NCBI GenBank assembly: GCA_009602725.1
Contig: WELB01000021.1
Location: forward strand, 940,634 to 1,004,633
Origin: Spirogloea muscicola
Taxonomy: Eukaryota
Length of the DNA: 64,000 nucleotides
Direction of reading: 5' to 3'
The position numbers and the translations under genes were made by a program. Each line of letters starts with the position of its first letter. Positions within the stretch are counted from its first letter, which is position 1. This document shows positions 25,201 to 39,800 of the stretch, piece by piece. A model generated the notes under the pieces. That model ran no database searches. It saw nothing but the letters and a program-made list of their open reading frames with translations, and was not told the origin of the DNA.

Positions 25201-28200
25201 GCTGCCATGTCACAGGGCTTCGACTGCCTCACAACGTCGATAAGCCAGACTAATGTGACGTCTTATGGTCCAGAGAGCGGGAAGTCAAAGCAAGATAAGT
25301 GCGAAGCAAGGCATTTAGCTTGCTCAGCTCAAGTACTGGACATGGCCAGCAATATTGACCAGAGGTGAAAATGTCACTCCACTACTGGTCTGTTTTGCAG
25401 ACAAGAGTACCTGCAAACAAAGCCTTGCTGCACGGAAGTGCGCCACCACAGGGCACCAGCTTCAACACAATTAAAATGTGTATTGGGGTTGCAATGGCTT
25501 CATAGCTTGTGTTGCACGGTGGCTACAACAGTACCTCACCTCATCGGTGTATGTGTTGAAGTGCTTGGGCTGAGGTTGACGCAGCCAGAAGTTGCAAACT
25601 CAGGCCTCTACTCCAATAAGGAAGAATCATCTTGGCTTTTCCTTTCCCTGAAGTCACATCCATAGGAAGTATACATTGGCTTTCTTGTGTTTGCTTTCTG
25701 AAGGGGAAGCATTGGAAACATGACCGACATGTGCTGCTATATTAGTACCCTTCTTCTTTTCAGCAGAGGTAACACATGCTTCAATGTGCCAGACTCTCTC
25801 CAACCAGGCCTGTGCCATGTATATTCTGCAGGATTCTTGAATCAAAGCCTAACGGCACTAGTCATCAATTCCAAACAGTATCAACTTTCAGCCTGGTTAC
25901 TATGCTCAAAGCTGAGACGAAAGTGACGCATCTGGGATCTTCTTTTTAGCTGTCAAAGTGATGCGCAGGGAGTATTTGTAATACTGACTATGGTGTCTTT
26001 TGTTGCAGTTTCGATTCGAATAGGATTAGACCACATCATGTTGGCTATAGCCAAGCTACACACCATAGCTTAGCAGGATAAACTGAGAACCTTATCCGAG
26101 AGGACATTTGTTGGCTATGCTGCTGTTTTATTGCTGACCACAACCACAACACCAGTCGAGTTGTTGATGATTGCCAGTTGTGTGGCCCGCTCATTGGGAG
26201 GTTGGCACGGTTGACTATTATCAGCCAGAGCTGTTGAGATGACTCAGCAATCGATGTGATTGTGGGGTCGGTACTTATACTGTGACAACAATATCAGCAC
26301 CAGATTTGTCTGCCGACTTACTTGATTTTCATCTCAGACACGCTAACACAATTAGGGCTTAAAGTAGACGCCTGGATGCAGTTAGTTAGTCAACATGCGC
26401 TGACACTTAACAGGTGCACTTGCATCAGCGTCCTTCTTGGACACTCGCTGAGGCTCGTCATTGTACTTCCGGACCCTGGGCTTGCAGGTAACCTAGAAGT
26501 AACCGATCAGCTTTGGCAATGACGCAGCTTCCACACGCTTTGTAGTTCTGCGAGAATGAGACCTGTAATCAAGCGCCTTTGAGACATGACAAGTAGCAAA
26601 CTTTGTGACGACGTGTTGCCAACCTGAGCGGGTAAAAGGACCGGACTGAAATCCTCATCTGCATGTAAATCTACATTGGAGAAGTGTTGTAGCAACCATC
26701 TCAGACATCCGCTGTCCTCTTCCCTAGCCGGTTTTCTGATAATGTAAGACCAGTCCCTGGTACAAACAGTCACTTCAGAGCGTCCTGTTTGGGATTCGGA
26801 CATAGAAAATGAGAAGCAGACCCTCCTACTCAGTGAAGCGGCAGCAGCCCAGGAAAGAACGGATGCAGGAAGCCCAGCCAAAAAAGCTGGGAAGCTGGAA
26901 ACGAGGCAACTCGACAAGACCCAAGAGTAGCAGCCAAAGCGCGGCGTGCCCGCAAGTGCACTGCAGGAAGAAGGGCTCGCTCATAGAGGATAGGGGCTGG
27001 AAAAGCCAGCCCAAAAAAGAATGAACTGCGGGAGCCTGGCAGGAGGACCAGTCGGGCGGGAGGACCAGCTAACGGGAAGCCATCTGGGGGCGTATTGATG
27101 GCAAATGTGGAAGACTCTGGAAGCTTACGGGGGAGCGTCGGCCCACCTAGCTGGAGGAGCTGAGCTCCTCCAGGGCCCCACGGCCCTGACGAGCCCGGGC
27201 CCTTATTAGACGAGCCCACCCATGTGGCTCGGGCAAAGCACAACACTCACCGCTTCAAAGCCAGCTCCCCGAGGGGCACTTGAGTCCGCAGGCCCCCTCT
27301 CCCTCTCCTCCGCAGCAGCGCGGAGAGCCCGGCCGAGCTTCTGGCGAGCCCGCGCCGCCCACGTCCAAAGCCGGCCCCGACACGGCCGCTGGCGCCGAAG
27401 CCCAGCAGGTCCCACATTGCAGCGGAAAGGCGCTCGCTGCCGAAAAGGACGCGGTTCAGCCCCGCCGCGCCCCGTGCCAAGGCTGCGGCAAGCGCGAGAG
27501 GAGGCGTTGAGGCTCACGATATCGTGGCACTACGCTCATGCCCATTGATTCCGCAGTCCTCACTGAGATTCCCTACAGCTCAATGCAGGTCTGACCTCAA
27601 CCTGCTCCTGGGCAGTCGTCAACGAGAGTTGGCTTCCACCTCCTCTTCGTTGCCGCCGCTTGGCGTCTGTCAAGTCAGAGGCCCGGTGATGGGCTCTGCA
27701 GAGCAAGAGTACATGGGGTGCCTGGCGACGTGTACGTAGAGAGCATGCCACAGATCCTGCGCCCTTCAAATAGCTGCATCTGCCGATATGTTCTCGAGAC
27801 TGCCTGCTGACCGTTTGCGCACGTGTGCAGATCATCATGACAGCTCTGACCGTGTTTGCTGACCATTGAGTGGCTACTTGTGAGCCTGTGAACTATCAAG
27901 TAATGTAAGTAAGAGATACTTGACAACACGAGCCCAGATCCACTCGTGAATTTTGAGGCAAACCCTTCCACTTTGGTCACCCCGTAGCTCTAGATAGTGG
28001 AGAGATTCTAGGGTCGGAATGCGGCACACGAGTAGAGCCAAGGTGCTCTGACATAGAATCAAGTATGCGCGTTTTTTGATGTGCTCGTGCCAATCGTTTA
28101 GACATGGGCTTGCTTGGGAGCAGTCAGCGTGCTTGCACCAGTTGTCAATCGTTGGCGTCTTCGAGGGGGATCAGGGAAGGTGTACTTGAGGGCAGGACAT

Positions 28201-28397
28201 GACAATGCACGCCTGCTTTAAAGTCCTCCTCTGTCCCTAGGAGATCAACAATCTGGTGTACACCCAGTCCGACATATATTTCGAAACTGTAGCGTTCCGC
28301 TGATCTATGACTTTCATTCTGATTGTGTGGACTAACTTGCCTTTGATCGTCTTTCGCCTCTGTATCACTTCCGCAGTGTGGTTGTAGACATCCAGCA

Positions 28398-30160
28398 ATG
28401 ACCAAGCAGACAGAAGATTGCGACCTTTGCAAACTGCTGGGCAAGGGCAAGCGCATACCAGGCCATATGCTTGACTCAAGTCACGAAGAGCTATTGTACA
28501 CCTGGCTCAAAGACTTGGGTGCCCAAGAGGCCCCCAAGTAGAATCAGATCCTTCGCTACTCACTCCATACATCCCAACTAAGAATGTCTACAAATGCCCC
28601 CCATGGAAATTGCCAGGTCTTGGCATCAAAGCTACTCTCTGGTGCTCATCACATGGCTTCGACTTGCTACTCACAATCTGCTGCCCGCATTTAGTCATGT
28701 CACTATCTTCCAGTCACACCACTTACTTGTGCCTTGCCACTCAGCAAGAGCACTACTTACTTACGCTCTCACATATACTTACGCTCTCACATATCTTCTT
28801 CTCCCAAGTCAGGCCCTTCTCCTTATCTACAAACGTCCTCTAGTCTTACCACTATTTGGTGTGAGCAGTTATTCAGTGTGCTTGTGTCTGCCTCCTCAAT
28901 CCTATCCTTCTCATGCAAACGATCTGGCCTGGACATGCGCAGCAAAAAATGTCAAGGAGATCATGCCTTCTACTACCTTAGTCCTTCTCCTCCCTCAAAG
29001 TGGAAAGATGATAGCCGACGAGGAGACCAATGTGATCGCGTTGCAGGAGTTGGCAGATGGAGAGGAGGAAGAACACCACCAGAGGTAGAGTCTGGTGGAG
29101 TGAAAGGCATAAGAGCGACCTTCAAAGTACTTGACAAAAGGAAGTCCCCACAGTAATCAGACAATGCATGGAGGCAAAGGAGCTTGGATGCTTAAAACCT
29201 GGACAATGATTGAGTATGAGTTGACAAGCAGTGATTCCAAGAAGGTGCAGCCAGCTTTTAGTGTGATATGTCCCTTTCATTTCATGCTCCTGTTCTTGCG
29301 TTGAGATGTGTGCACAACAGAAGCCCACACGCTTGTTTGCAGCGGACAAACTCAGCATTCCTCTGCGTTGACTCTGTGCTGTCCTTGATCCACTGGCTCA
29401 TGTTTTCCTCTTTCTTACCCTTCTTGCACATTTCGCATTCGTTTCTGTATGATTTGGTCGACTGGGTATAATTCAGACTGTGAAGCAGGGACACTTTTCT
29501 TAGTCAGCATTGCTAGAAGTAGCGGCTTTGTATGTTGACGCAGTAAGCAATGTGCTTGACTTACTGTCACTGCTGATGCCACATGTTTGTCTCTGGAGTC
29601 AAGATTTACTTACTACAGCAAGTATCAGCAAGTCTCATATTCCTGTGGAGCCCCGCTGGCAATCTTCAGGCTGAGTACATCCACTGCAGGATATGTGCCA
29701 CGGAAGGGGAAAAGAAAAATCAGGTGAAGAGAAAGTCACATAAAAGTGGGCTGAATGGCAAGGTGAGCTATGTACTCCACGCAGGTTTGCAATTGTCTGC
29801 AGCAGCCAACTCGGTCATTAGTATATCATGCGCAGTCCTTTGCATCATGGCGTTCTTAGTTACCTTCTTTTCATTACGGCTTTACACGGCATGCGGCAAT
29901 CCACAGGAAACCCAGCTGCACCTCAGGCAGGCAAGCCGCTGCAACTTCTGCTGAAGGAGACACATCCAGAACGCGTGACCACAGCACAAGTCGGGTATAA
30001 AAGGTCACAGGAAAGGGAGCCGAGTGGCAAGTTTAAGTATGGAGCAAGGAGCAAGAAAAGATTGGAGTCATCTTATGAAGCCTCACTGTCAATAGAGTAA
30101 GACAATGGAAAAGCTAAGGTGCAAGATGAACTAGCAGATGGAAGTCAGTGTGTGGACTTG
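28398..30160 (+). pseudogene. NAC-like pseudogene copy 3 (decayed 3' exons probably extend to ~31715)
   Basis: MTKQTEDCDLCK..KRIPGH..SHEELL..*..IPTKNVYKCPPWKLP|GT; exon 2 DHAFYYLSP..DRVAGVGRW..GIRATFK..WTMIEYEL with frameshifts and stops; exon 3 AEYIHCRIC. Confidence 0.85.
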
Positions 30161-31719
30161 GTGAGCCATGTATTCCATGCTCAGGGTAGCTGAAGAGCTC
30201 TGCAATGCAATGTGTTGTTGCTGCTGTTGTTGTTGCTTGTGTTGTCTCGTTCGTCAGCATATTAAGCAGTTTCCTTTTGCTTTGCGGCCCTTCTGCCATC
30301 TGTATGACAAGTAGCTGAGGATACCCATCTGTAGCGACGGGCGCTCATGTGCACTCGTGGCTCTTCAAGGTGGATGTCTTTACACCGTATACCCGATATG
30401 GCTGGCATCAAGCAGGGCCAGCTTGCCTCGTCTTTGAAGATACCTCAGATGGCATCGACTGCTGTCAACGATAGCGCAAGATGTATGTGGTGCAGCCCAC
30501 CGGCTTCTCTCACGAGCTTCAACAGCATTGCAACAGAGGTTGGGGCCTTGCCCCACAAGCCTTGGCACTTGCGTGCATGTTGTGTTTTCCTATTGGCATT
30601 TAAGCGACTCTGCCTCTTACCCAAGGTTTTGAGGCAGCTTTGGGCTTCTGACGGTACAGCACAGACATTGATGGAGGAATGCTGTTTGGGACAAATGGCC
30701 ACTGGTCATTCTCAACAGTCTGTGTCCAGGCCACTGCATTTGTGCGGCAATGGCAGGCAAGGAGGCGCTGCGGAAGCGGGATGTGTGGCGCGTGTGCGAC
30801 GAAACCCGCATCGTGGGTGAGTCCTCGGGCCTAGCGGCTGGCAACCGCCACAGGGGTCTGGAGGGACCGTTGCCGCCAGCTGTGGCGACAATATGGGGTC
30901 GGCAGAGGTCCAAAAGGGCCATCACTGACAACCATGGCGGCGAGGTGCATCGGTAGAATATGTAACAGCGAACTTCACTAGCAAGTCAGTAAGCAGAGCA
31001 TGCCTGCAGCTTCTGCTGTTTGTGAGGATATATGCCAGCTTTTCGTAATGAGCATTCAGCATTGACAATCTCGGTACAACTATCCAGAAGGAATATATGG
31101 AGGGGAATACTCTGAGCATCATTGATGGCACGGGTCGTGATGGCAACATTGCACCTCTAATGATCTCGAGAACACGCGAAGGATAAATGTCATACTTCTT
31201 TGCCCACAAAGTCATCGAAAGTGCCTGTACAAACCGTCTACTGCTATGCTTTAGCCAGCAGCTTACAGGCGTGACCCAGCCGCAATTAGTTGCTGCGACT
31301 TGAATACGAAGTAGTTCACATACGTGGCAGAAGGAGATTTTGTGTTGCAACTACAAGCTCAAGTGACAGTCACAGTGGATCAAGTTGATACTGATTGTGG
31401 TCACCAATTGTGAATGTGAATTTCCACGACTTGCAGGAGCAGGAAACGTCAGAGGCACTCGAAGCAGTCCTCAATTATCCTGCAGAAGGTGGTGAAGAGC
31501 ACAGGGGTAATGCAGTTGAGATACGTTTAGCAATGTATCACGCGTGGAGCAACTCGCAGGCTACAACAAGAGATCCTGCAGGTGGTGGTGATGAGCAGGG
31601 AAATCCAGAGGCATTCGCTGCACCAGTCCTCGAGAATTCTGCAGAACATGGTGAAGAGCACAGGGATGCTGCACTTGAGGAGATTCGAGACGCTTGGAGC
31701 GACTTGACGACTTGACAAC

Positions 31720-32085
31720 GTGCTAGAGTTGAGCAAGATCGAGGAAGGAAAACTGGATTTTGACGAGCTCGACTTTCGCCTTGAGGAAGTCCTGGAGGCA
31801 GTCCTTTCTCCAAAGGCTAATCCCGCCTTTGAGAAGGGACTTCAGCTGTGCTGCGTCAGGGCCCCAGCTTGCTGCAACATCTGTGTCACAGGCGATGGCC
31901 TCCACGTGCAGCAGATCATTGCCAATTATACAAGGAACCATTTATCATACAATTCACAGGTGGGTGGGCATCAAACTCCAGGCAGCAGAGCTACGAAAGC
32001 CAGGCAGCTTCAGGTACCTCTTCAAGGTCTCAACCTCCGGCAACGGGATGTCACTTGAACAGCAGGAGACTATCTTCCAGGTGCC
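31720..32085 (+). pseudogene. Histidine kinase fragment (end of HisKA + HATPase_c), frameshifted
   Basis: LELSKIEEGKL..DFRLEEVLEAV..AFEKGLQL..VTGDGLHVQQIIAN, then IIQFTGG, then WVGI..YLFKVSTSGNGMSLEQQETIFQ, spread over three frames. Confidence 0.85.
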
Positions 32086-32315
32086 AAGACCAGCCACCTG
32101 TGGTTCATCCAAACAGTTGGAGGTCATGGAGGTCGTTACGCATGAGCGGTTTGGGGCTCGTTCTCTGTCACGTCTGTTGTGGTTCCCCATCTCTGCTCCA
32201 TCTCTTGCCCAATCAGAGTCCTCCACTGTACGTTTCCCTTTCTCCAAAGGACCAGCAGACCGCCCTCGTCTCGGCGCTTCAGATGCAGATCCCCGCTTGA
32301 CGGCACACAGAATTT

Positions 32316-32430
32316 GATCTCACACAGAGATTAGTCACACTGTCACACAGAAGGCTGAGGCTCCGCTCTCACAAAGATCGACCTCACACAGAGATCAGGC
32401 ACACTGTCACACAGAGAGCTCAGGCTCCGC
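32316..32430. repeat. ~65-bp direct repeat (cacacagaga-rich)
   Basis: ctcacacagagat...cacactgtcacacaga...gaggctccgc / caggctccgc occurs twice. Confidence 0.7.
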
Positions 32431-35181
32431 CTGGTCGCACACAAAGCCGCACCCTTGGTGGGTGCCAGCCATAGCTAGAGCGCACAGAGAAGCGCGAGCG
32501 CCCCAGAATAAAACGACTTGCCGTGGGAGCCTCCTACAGGAAGGCACCCACGGCCCACTAGGCTGAGTCAGATGGTCACCTACCCCGACCCGCTGACTCA
32601 CCATATAACTAATTTCAACAGTACTGGCTAGGATTGAGCAGACACTGCGCTCATTGGACAGAGCTACAAGTCTGAGGGATATAGATGCGTGGTGCGCATG
32701 GAATGAAAGGGTGCCATTCAAGCCACAGTACATTGTGCAAGTGTAAGCCACTACATAGTTGAAGCAAAAGCTAGTGCAGAAATTGGGTACAGGATGGCAG
32801 CCATGACTCCGTGTAGAGGTTGGAGGCTGGGCTCCATGAAAGGTGGTGGCGGTCAGGAGCCAGCTGAAAATGATTAACAAGAACGAACAAACTTCACACC
32901 GGCTGGTCAGACGCTACAAGCGACAGGGAACTCTCAGAGTCTGTCCAGTCAATCAGTGTCTTGCTCCACGTTGAGCACTTAGAAACTACTCACAAGACAA
33001 GCTGAAAAAGTGTAACAACCGCGAGCTCACGTCGCCAGCCACCATGGAGCTCTTGATGCTCGGCCCCTTCGGACCTTGTCCTTTCTGTTTGGGCTGGCTT
33101 TCACAGCCCTCGCCGCCTTTGGATGAGCTTACTGTCTTGCTGCTACGAATGCAACTCGCGCCGCGAGCCCCCCACGTCGCCCAACGGCTCCAAAGCACCA
33201 AAGCAAGGCAATGGCTGTGCAACAAAGACTCTTTCCGTGGTGGGCGATGGCTTTGATTGATCAGCCCAGAAAAGATACAAGGTCTGAAGTGGCCAGAGAA
33301 GCGCTAGAGCACACAGTGACTCAAGTGGCTCAAGTTTGACTCAAGTGGCCACCGGGTGCTCACTATCCCCTTTGTGCAGCTGCAGGTCAGAGAAAGTAGT
33401 CTCCGAGTAGCGGGTCTACAACGTCTGTTTGGCCCATCCCTCATCCGTTTCTGACATTAGCGAGTACGAGACTCTGTTGAGCTGGTGTGGGTGACGCGTA
33501 GGTGGGGATGAGGGGCTTTGGAGCAGCTCCAAACGGGACCTGGTCCGCAGTCTGCGGCGGTTGTCGCAGACTCGGGAGTCGCCAGCGCCGGCGGGCGAAG
33601 CAGCAGCCAACGGGGGCCCAGCCGGAGCAAAGGCGGGGGAGGGCGCCGGCCCCCTTCTGCGAAGCTTCGGGGGCGGCCTTGGCGGGCCTGCCCCGCCAGG
33701 GCCCTGCGGCCCCGAGCCCCCGCCCGCGGCCAGACGAGGAAGAAAGAGACGAGAGCACCCATGCGGCTCCCCATTGCTTCCGTGACAGGCCCTTTCGGAG
33801 AGGGCCTGTCACGGCCGTCACCTTGCAGTGGAAGCAGGTGCTCCTGCTTCCCAGCAGTTCTTTGGGCTTGGCCTCCCTCTCAATCTCCTGCGCACCGCGC
33901 GCCGTCTACCTTTCCCAGCAGCCCCCCGACGTGCATCTGACTCCGCAGCACAGCCCGAGGCCCCCCCCAAGGCCCCCGCACTCCTCCCGTCTGCCTCCCG
34001 CTTGGCCGCCACTGCCGCGCCGCGAGCCGCCTCCGCGCCAGCCGAAGGCAAAGAGCTTGGCTCGGAGAGCCCCACTGGCCTTCAGTGCTCGCGTCGGGCG
34101 CCTGCCCCGACACCACGGCCGCCATCGCCGCCGCCGGAGCCAGTGAGGTCGGCGGCAGTGCAGCAGGCCGCCCGCGGCGAAGGCGGGGGTCCGGCTCTCC
34201 GCAGCCCCGGCCAGTGCTGGGGCTGCGGCGGGTACGAGAGGAGGCTCCGAGGCTCACGGCCCTGTAGGCATCAGGCTCTGCCACAGTGCTCCGCGGTCCC
34301 GACTTGGAGCTCCTTCTGCTCAAATCAGGTCTGGCCTTGCTCCTGGACATGCGCTCAAGCCGTCCAGCTCGCCCCTTCCCTTCACCTGGCTGGCTTTCAC
34401 AGCCGCCTCTTTCTGTGTCAGCAGCCGCAATATCTCCTTCAGGTCCCACAGCTTGACCATCTTCGTGTCAGCAGCCTGTTGATGGACCCTGTAGAGCGGG
34501 GACGAGTGAATATTGAGAATGCCACGGATACTGCAAATCTCTGCACAGCAGTATCTGCTGAGTGATCTGAAGAAACTCTGACTGACTGACATTCTGTGAT
34601 ATTGCGCAGATCCGCTTGACGTCTCCGACCGTGTCTGCTGACCCTCGGGTGATTACATGTGAATTTCGTGGGCCATCACACTCTGCGGTGAGACTTACCA
34701 CGTCAACAAGAGCCCAAGTCCTTGGTGACTGTGAGCCAATGCCCACCACTGTGCTAACCCTGTAGCCCAGTCAACAGTGGCGGCCTTTGAGGGGAAACTG
34801 ACACACAATGTACACATGGTAGTATGCTCACCCTGGGCCAAGCAGTGATCTACAGTGGAAGCACACTGCCCATTGTGCTTTGTGCTCGCATTTGAAAACA
34901 ACGCTAATGGGCTGGCCTGCAAGCACACCTTAATCCAGGACTATGTACTTGAGGGCTGGCCTTACTATTGCACGTCTAACCTTCTCTGTCTTGCTGTCAA
35001 CAATCGAATGAACGGCTCTACACGTTGTCAAGTACTAAGTGTCGTCACACCATACGAGTACATCTTTGCAGCAAGGTTTAGCCAGGAGTATGGTTCCAAT
35101 TCTCCAAACATACTGGCCCTGAGTGGGGTTTCCTTCTGCATCACTTCTGCTTTTTCCAGGTGTGGTCAAAGAGAGCCTACT

Positions 35182-36804
35182 ATGACCTACCAGGCGGATG
35201 TTTGCCAAATCTGCAAAGAGCTGCAGTCGTCCCACCCACTCTTTCAAGGCCAACGCGTCCCAGGCCTTCAGCTTGTATTCAGCGATGCACAGCTGCTTGA
35301 GTACCTGGCTGATAGCCCAAGCATCCGAGGATCTGTGCTTTCGCTTCTCATCCCGTTTAAGGATGTCTACAAGTGCCCCCCTTGGCTGCTGCCAGGTCTC
35401 GGTGACACACGACTACAGATGCTGTCTGTTGCTAATTGCATGGCTGCACTCGCGGTTCACATCTGCATGGCAGCATGTAGTCCTTGGCATTGCTATTTTT
35501 ACCGCAGCATTTGCTTGTGCAAAGGCACTACTCATGCAACAAACTGCTTCTCCATGTCTCAGGCCCGTTGTCCCCGACTCACCCCAAATTTCTACTTTGT
35601 CACTGCTTTTCAACATGGGTAGTAATTCAGTGTCCCTGTTTCTCCTCTCAAGCAAATCATCTGGCTTTGGAATGTGCAGCCAAAGACTGTCGAGGCGATC
35701 ATCCCTTCTACTACTTCAGCCCTTCTCCAACCTCAAAGTGGCACAACAGCATCGGGCGAGCAAATGACTCGGATCGCTCTGCAGGAGGCGGCCGCTGGAA
35801 AAACACGGGAGGAACACCAGCTAAGGTGCAGTCTGCTGGAGTGACAGGCACAAGAAGGACCTACAAGTACTTGTTGGAAGGGGTTGCCCAGAGTGATCAC
35901 TCGATGCATGCATGGAAGGCGTACGACTGGACGATGTATGAGTATGAGTTGACGAGCAAATACATGCAGGGAAGGCAGTCAGCATCACATGGTGTATGTA
36001 CCTTCCCATCCCATGCTCGATCCTCATGCTAAAATTCTGTGCAAAACAGGAGCTCATGTCTTGGTTTGCAGTGCACAGATGCATCACTCCTCTGCTTGCA
36101 TTCCCCTTGAGCCACTGGCTCAACCTTCTCCACACAGAGCCCTCATGCCCATGAACGTTCATTTCGATTGGTACTTCTTTACCTCGATTGTGTCAAAAAT
36201 GAGGCTCAGGAATGACAATTTTGCATTGTGGACCCAGTGAGCACCGTGCTTGAACTACTATCACTGCTAGTGCTACATGGTTATACTGTCTCGTCAGAAG
36301 CTTACTGGCTACAGCTACAATCATGTGGGGCCCTGTTGGTGAATTACAGGCTGATATTATCCTGTACAAATTTTGTGCAAAGAAAGCCCAGCCTTCCCTG
36401 GACAAGTGGCAGGCAAGGTGCAGTCATGACCGCACGCTTGGGTCGATTTTGACACCTTCAAAGCACCTGGCCAATGCACAAGGCGAAGATCATGTATCAG
36501 GCAAAAGGGGACCAGATGGAAACTCGAAGCGCAGACCGTTGCATGCAGTCTCACAGCGAGCCTACTCAGATGGGTATGCTGAAAGTCGCCTGCTAGATGA
36601 AGAAATGCCTGCACATCAGTACCAGGACTTGGTAAGCCATGTACTTCACATTCAAGCTGAAGAGCTCTGCAAGTGTTTCAATTGTCGTCTCGTTGTCAGC
36701 ATGCTTTGCACAGTACCTTTCTTTTCAGCACCATAACTATTAACAAACCACTAGCTGACCATCTGTAGCTGCGGGCGCCAGATGTGCATTACAGCGCTTG
36801 CTGA
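35182..36804 (+). CDS. Divergent NAC-domain transcription factor, potentially intact (~281 aa); exons 35182-35395, 35680-35993, 36350-36631, 36769-36804
   Basis: All three GT-AG introns keep frame. CQIC..QRVPGLQLVFSDAQLLEYL..DVYKCPPWLLP | FYYFSP..DRSAGGGRWKNTG..GTRRTYKY..DWTMYEYEL | ADIILYKF. Intron 1 (after LP, phase 1) and intron 2 (before subdomain E, phase 0) match the usual NAC layout. Last exon is least certain. Confidence 0.85.
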
Positions 36805-39800
36805 AATACCAAGGCCTTGATGTCATCAAGTACATGAATAGAGTGTTGATTTATCAGTGCAAGTGCAGGAGCTATATGTGGATCTACGTCCAAAATTAAT
36901 ACCAGAATCTGAAAGTTTATACCTGAAATCCTGTATGGCTTGTAATAGCAGGGCCAAGATGCCTCGTCTCCAACGAGGTCTCAAACGACACCAATTGCTG
37001 TCTGTGAAGAAGAGGATGTCAAAGAGAGCGCAGCAGACAATATTGAGCATACATGGCCAACTGCATCCACTGCTAGCTTTAGCACAGAGGTCAGGGCCTT
37101 GCCCTGCGAACTCCGTCCATTGAGATTGCCATCTTGTTCATACTTCAATCTGAGCTTATTGTTGTTGAATTTGCCTTTGCTTAAGTACAAGCCACCTCTG
37201 GGCCTCTACTCGATCTGTTGTTGACATCTAAGAAGGAGGTGCTGTCTAGGACAGACCTTCCAAGGTCTGGCTGTATGTCACCCTTATCAGTGTGTGTCAT
37301 AAGCACCGCAAGTCACAGAAAGTAATGTTACAAGTTGCTACTAGCAAGTCAGCAGCAGAGCACGCATGCAGCTCCTGCTCTTTGTACGTGCTAAAAGCAG
37401 TCTGCACCTTATGTCATGCTTTTGAAGGTGACGGTATGCAAATTCTGGAACACTTGCCAGGGGCAAAGTATTCAGGAGGACCATGCAGCCCATTTACTTG
37501 AGACGACTCCTGGTGTCAACATTGCACCACAGGTATACCTGAACTAGTTTCAGCATAAGTAGCATGCTTCTGAAAGCACAGAATGTATCATGTCATATTG
37601 GATATATCGTCTAGTACACTGTTTTGGCCCGCACTTTGTAAGTTTGTCCTAGCTGGTTGAGGCTAAAAGCAAGTGTGCACTCTGAATGTGCACAGTCACA
37701 CATAAGTGGCAGAAGGAGCATCAAGTTACCCACTTGTGACTTTCAAGCCCAAGTAACAGTCAATGAGCAGGTTAGATTGACACTGATTTGGCCTCTAAGT
37801 CTGGAGGTAATTGTCAACATTTTGCAGGATGCAAGCAGAGATTTTGCAGAAGGTGTTGACAAGTTTGCTGGTGGTGAAGAATATGGTGGTGGTGCGAAGT
37901 ATACCAGTGAAGGTTGGGATTTCATCTTATCAACTGACTATGGCGGCTTGACCAACATTTGGCCTGATTACACATCAGAGCTATAAGGTCCCTGAAGTGC
38001 AGATCTTCTTTCAATGATAGCTTGTAAGCCGCCTGCTGGGTTGATTACAACAAGCAAGAGTGTTGAGCTTTTTTTGAAGTCAGGCAATGACTTCAACACA
38101 GACATGAACATATTGTGCCAGGAGGCAAGTCGTCACTTGGCACTTGCTCATGTTGCTGGTTCTTTTAGCAATACTTCCCAGTAGCATCTAAATTCTGAGC
38201 TCTCAACCCTTGATTTCAAATCTAAAAGATGAGGTTTAGCATTGGCATACATTGCAGTCTGCTATCCTGGCTCTTTGATCAATGCACATTAAGCAATTAT
38301 CTCTTCCTGTAAGACAGACATGTATTGTATTCAGCATCTACATATACTGGAGTTTGGGTTGTTATGTGCTTTGTGTCTACAATCTGAGTCCTTCGAACTG
38401 CTTTCTGTTTCCCTGCAGCACTCCCTGGCTGCTGCCTCAGGCTATAGGCGGTGTGACTCCTTTCCATTCTGCGGCTGCTGATTAGAGGTTACTGAGTGGC
38501 CATCTTTGAGGGTAACTTGCGCTTCTGAGTAGTGTACAGTTTGCGAATCCTATAGACAACGTTCATTCTTTGTGGGCTACTTCTTCACAGCAGGAAAGAG
38601 CTCCTTACTCTACATGTACACGTATTTTTGGTCACCACGTGAAGGTGCTTGTGTAGTGTGTAGGCTTTGTGCAGTGCTGTTTGAGGTGGACTGCATGAGT
38701 ACATTCTTAAGGAATACGGTAGTACATGCCAGCTTTTCGAGCTGCTAGTCACAAGAATTGCTACGACAGAGTTATTCCTTAACGATGGTCAGCTTGCCAT
38801 CGGTGTCGGTGTCAGTGACCCTCCACCATGCCCTTGTCCCCATGGCATTGCGACTCATGCATGTATGCACGTCAGGCCTGTTCAGCATTGGTGGTAAGGA
38901 GCAGTATACAGCAGGGACTGGGTCCATCTTGCAGAATGATTTGGACTTCAGGAAATCATCAGATCGCTGATGTGGTTTGATGTATGGAGGGTCGAGATGT
39001 CGCTAAAAAGTCATGCGATGAAGCAACCGGGGATAGTAAGAGGGCAGCGAAAAGCCATCTAAAACCAGGAGACAGGAATGGGGCCAACCATTAGACACTG
39101 ACTCTTCAACCAGCTTCACCAATCTCGCGACCTCTGGCTTCAGCCGCTAGCTGCCACGGGGCTTCCGGATCAACCACAAGCGCAAGGCACCTCATGGCGC
39201 AACTCCTCAGCAGGAACTGGGGACCCTCTCGCTACGCCAACAGTCCAGCCTGCTGCTGAAGGAGAATATACCACCCTTACGGAGAGGGCGGTGTGTGAAG
39301 GGCAGAGCCCAGTAACTAAAAGCCCCACCCTGAAAGCAGAAGAAAAGGTCTTCCAGAAGGGGGCTATTTCTGTGAAAGGCCAGCCAAAAAAAGCACCGGA
39401 CAAAGGTCCGGAGGGGCCGGAAGGCGCAAGCCCACATATCTATGCAAGTGGCTACGAGTAATGGGCGCTCAAAATCTCAACAGACCACACATCCAGCAGC
39501 TCAAGTAGCTGTTAGCGAGAGCCCTCATCAAGGTGCAAGTGAAGTTAAGCCTCTCCAGACCCCTCTCCAGACAAAGGCTCGTACTATAGTACTTACAGTG
39601 CTGTGCAGAAGGCCAGCCCGATATAATATACAAGCTCTGAAGTGGTAGCCCCAACCCCAAAAGACACTACGTAAGGCCTTCTGCCCTTGCCGCGTCGCCT
39701 GAGCGTGGAGGGCACCTCGTTCGTGCCTCCAGAGTGCATCAGCCAGCCTTCCTCTTAACAACTCACTGGCGCTTAACCTCTCGCCATCGTCCCCTTGTTG

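Noticed and set aside
25250..26800. Possible decayed Gypsy gag/protease
   Set aside because: Only a vague zinc-knuckle-like trace (HVGHVSNASP); no intact motif to support a call
33416..34565. Long overlapping ORFs in several frames (also 13860-15000, 23580-24230, 50485-51030)
   Set aside because: GC-rich, low-complexity promoter/5' regions where stops are rare; no domain signature apart from the faint NAC-like traces reported separately
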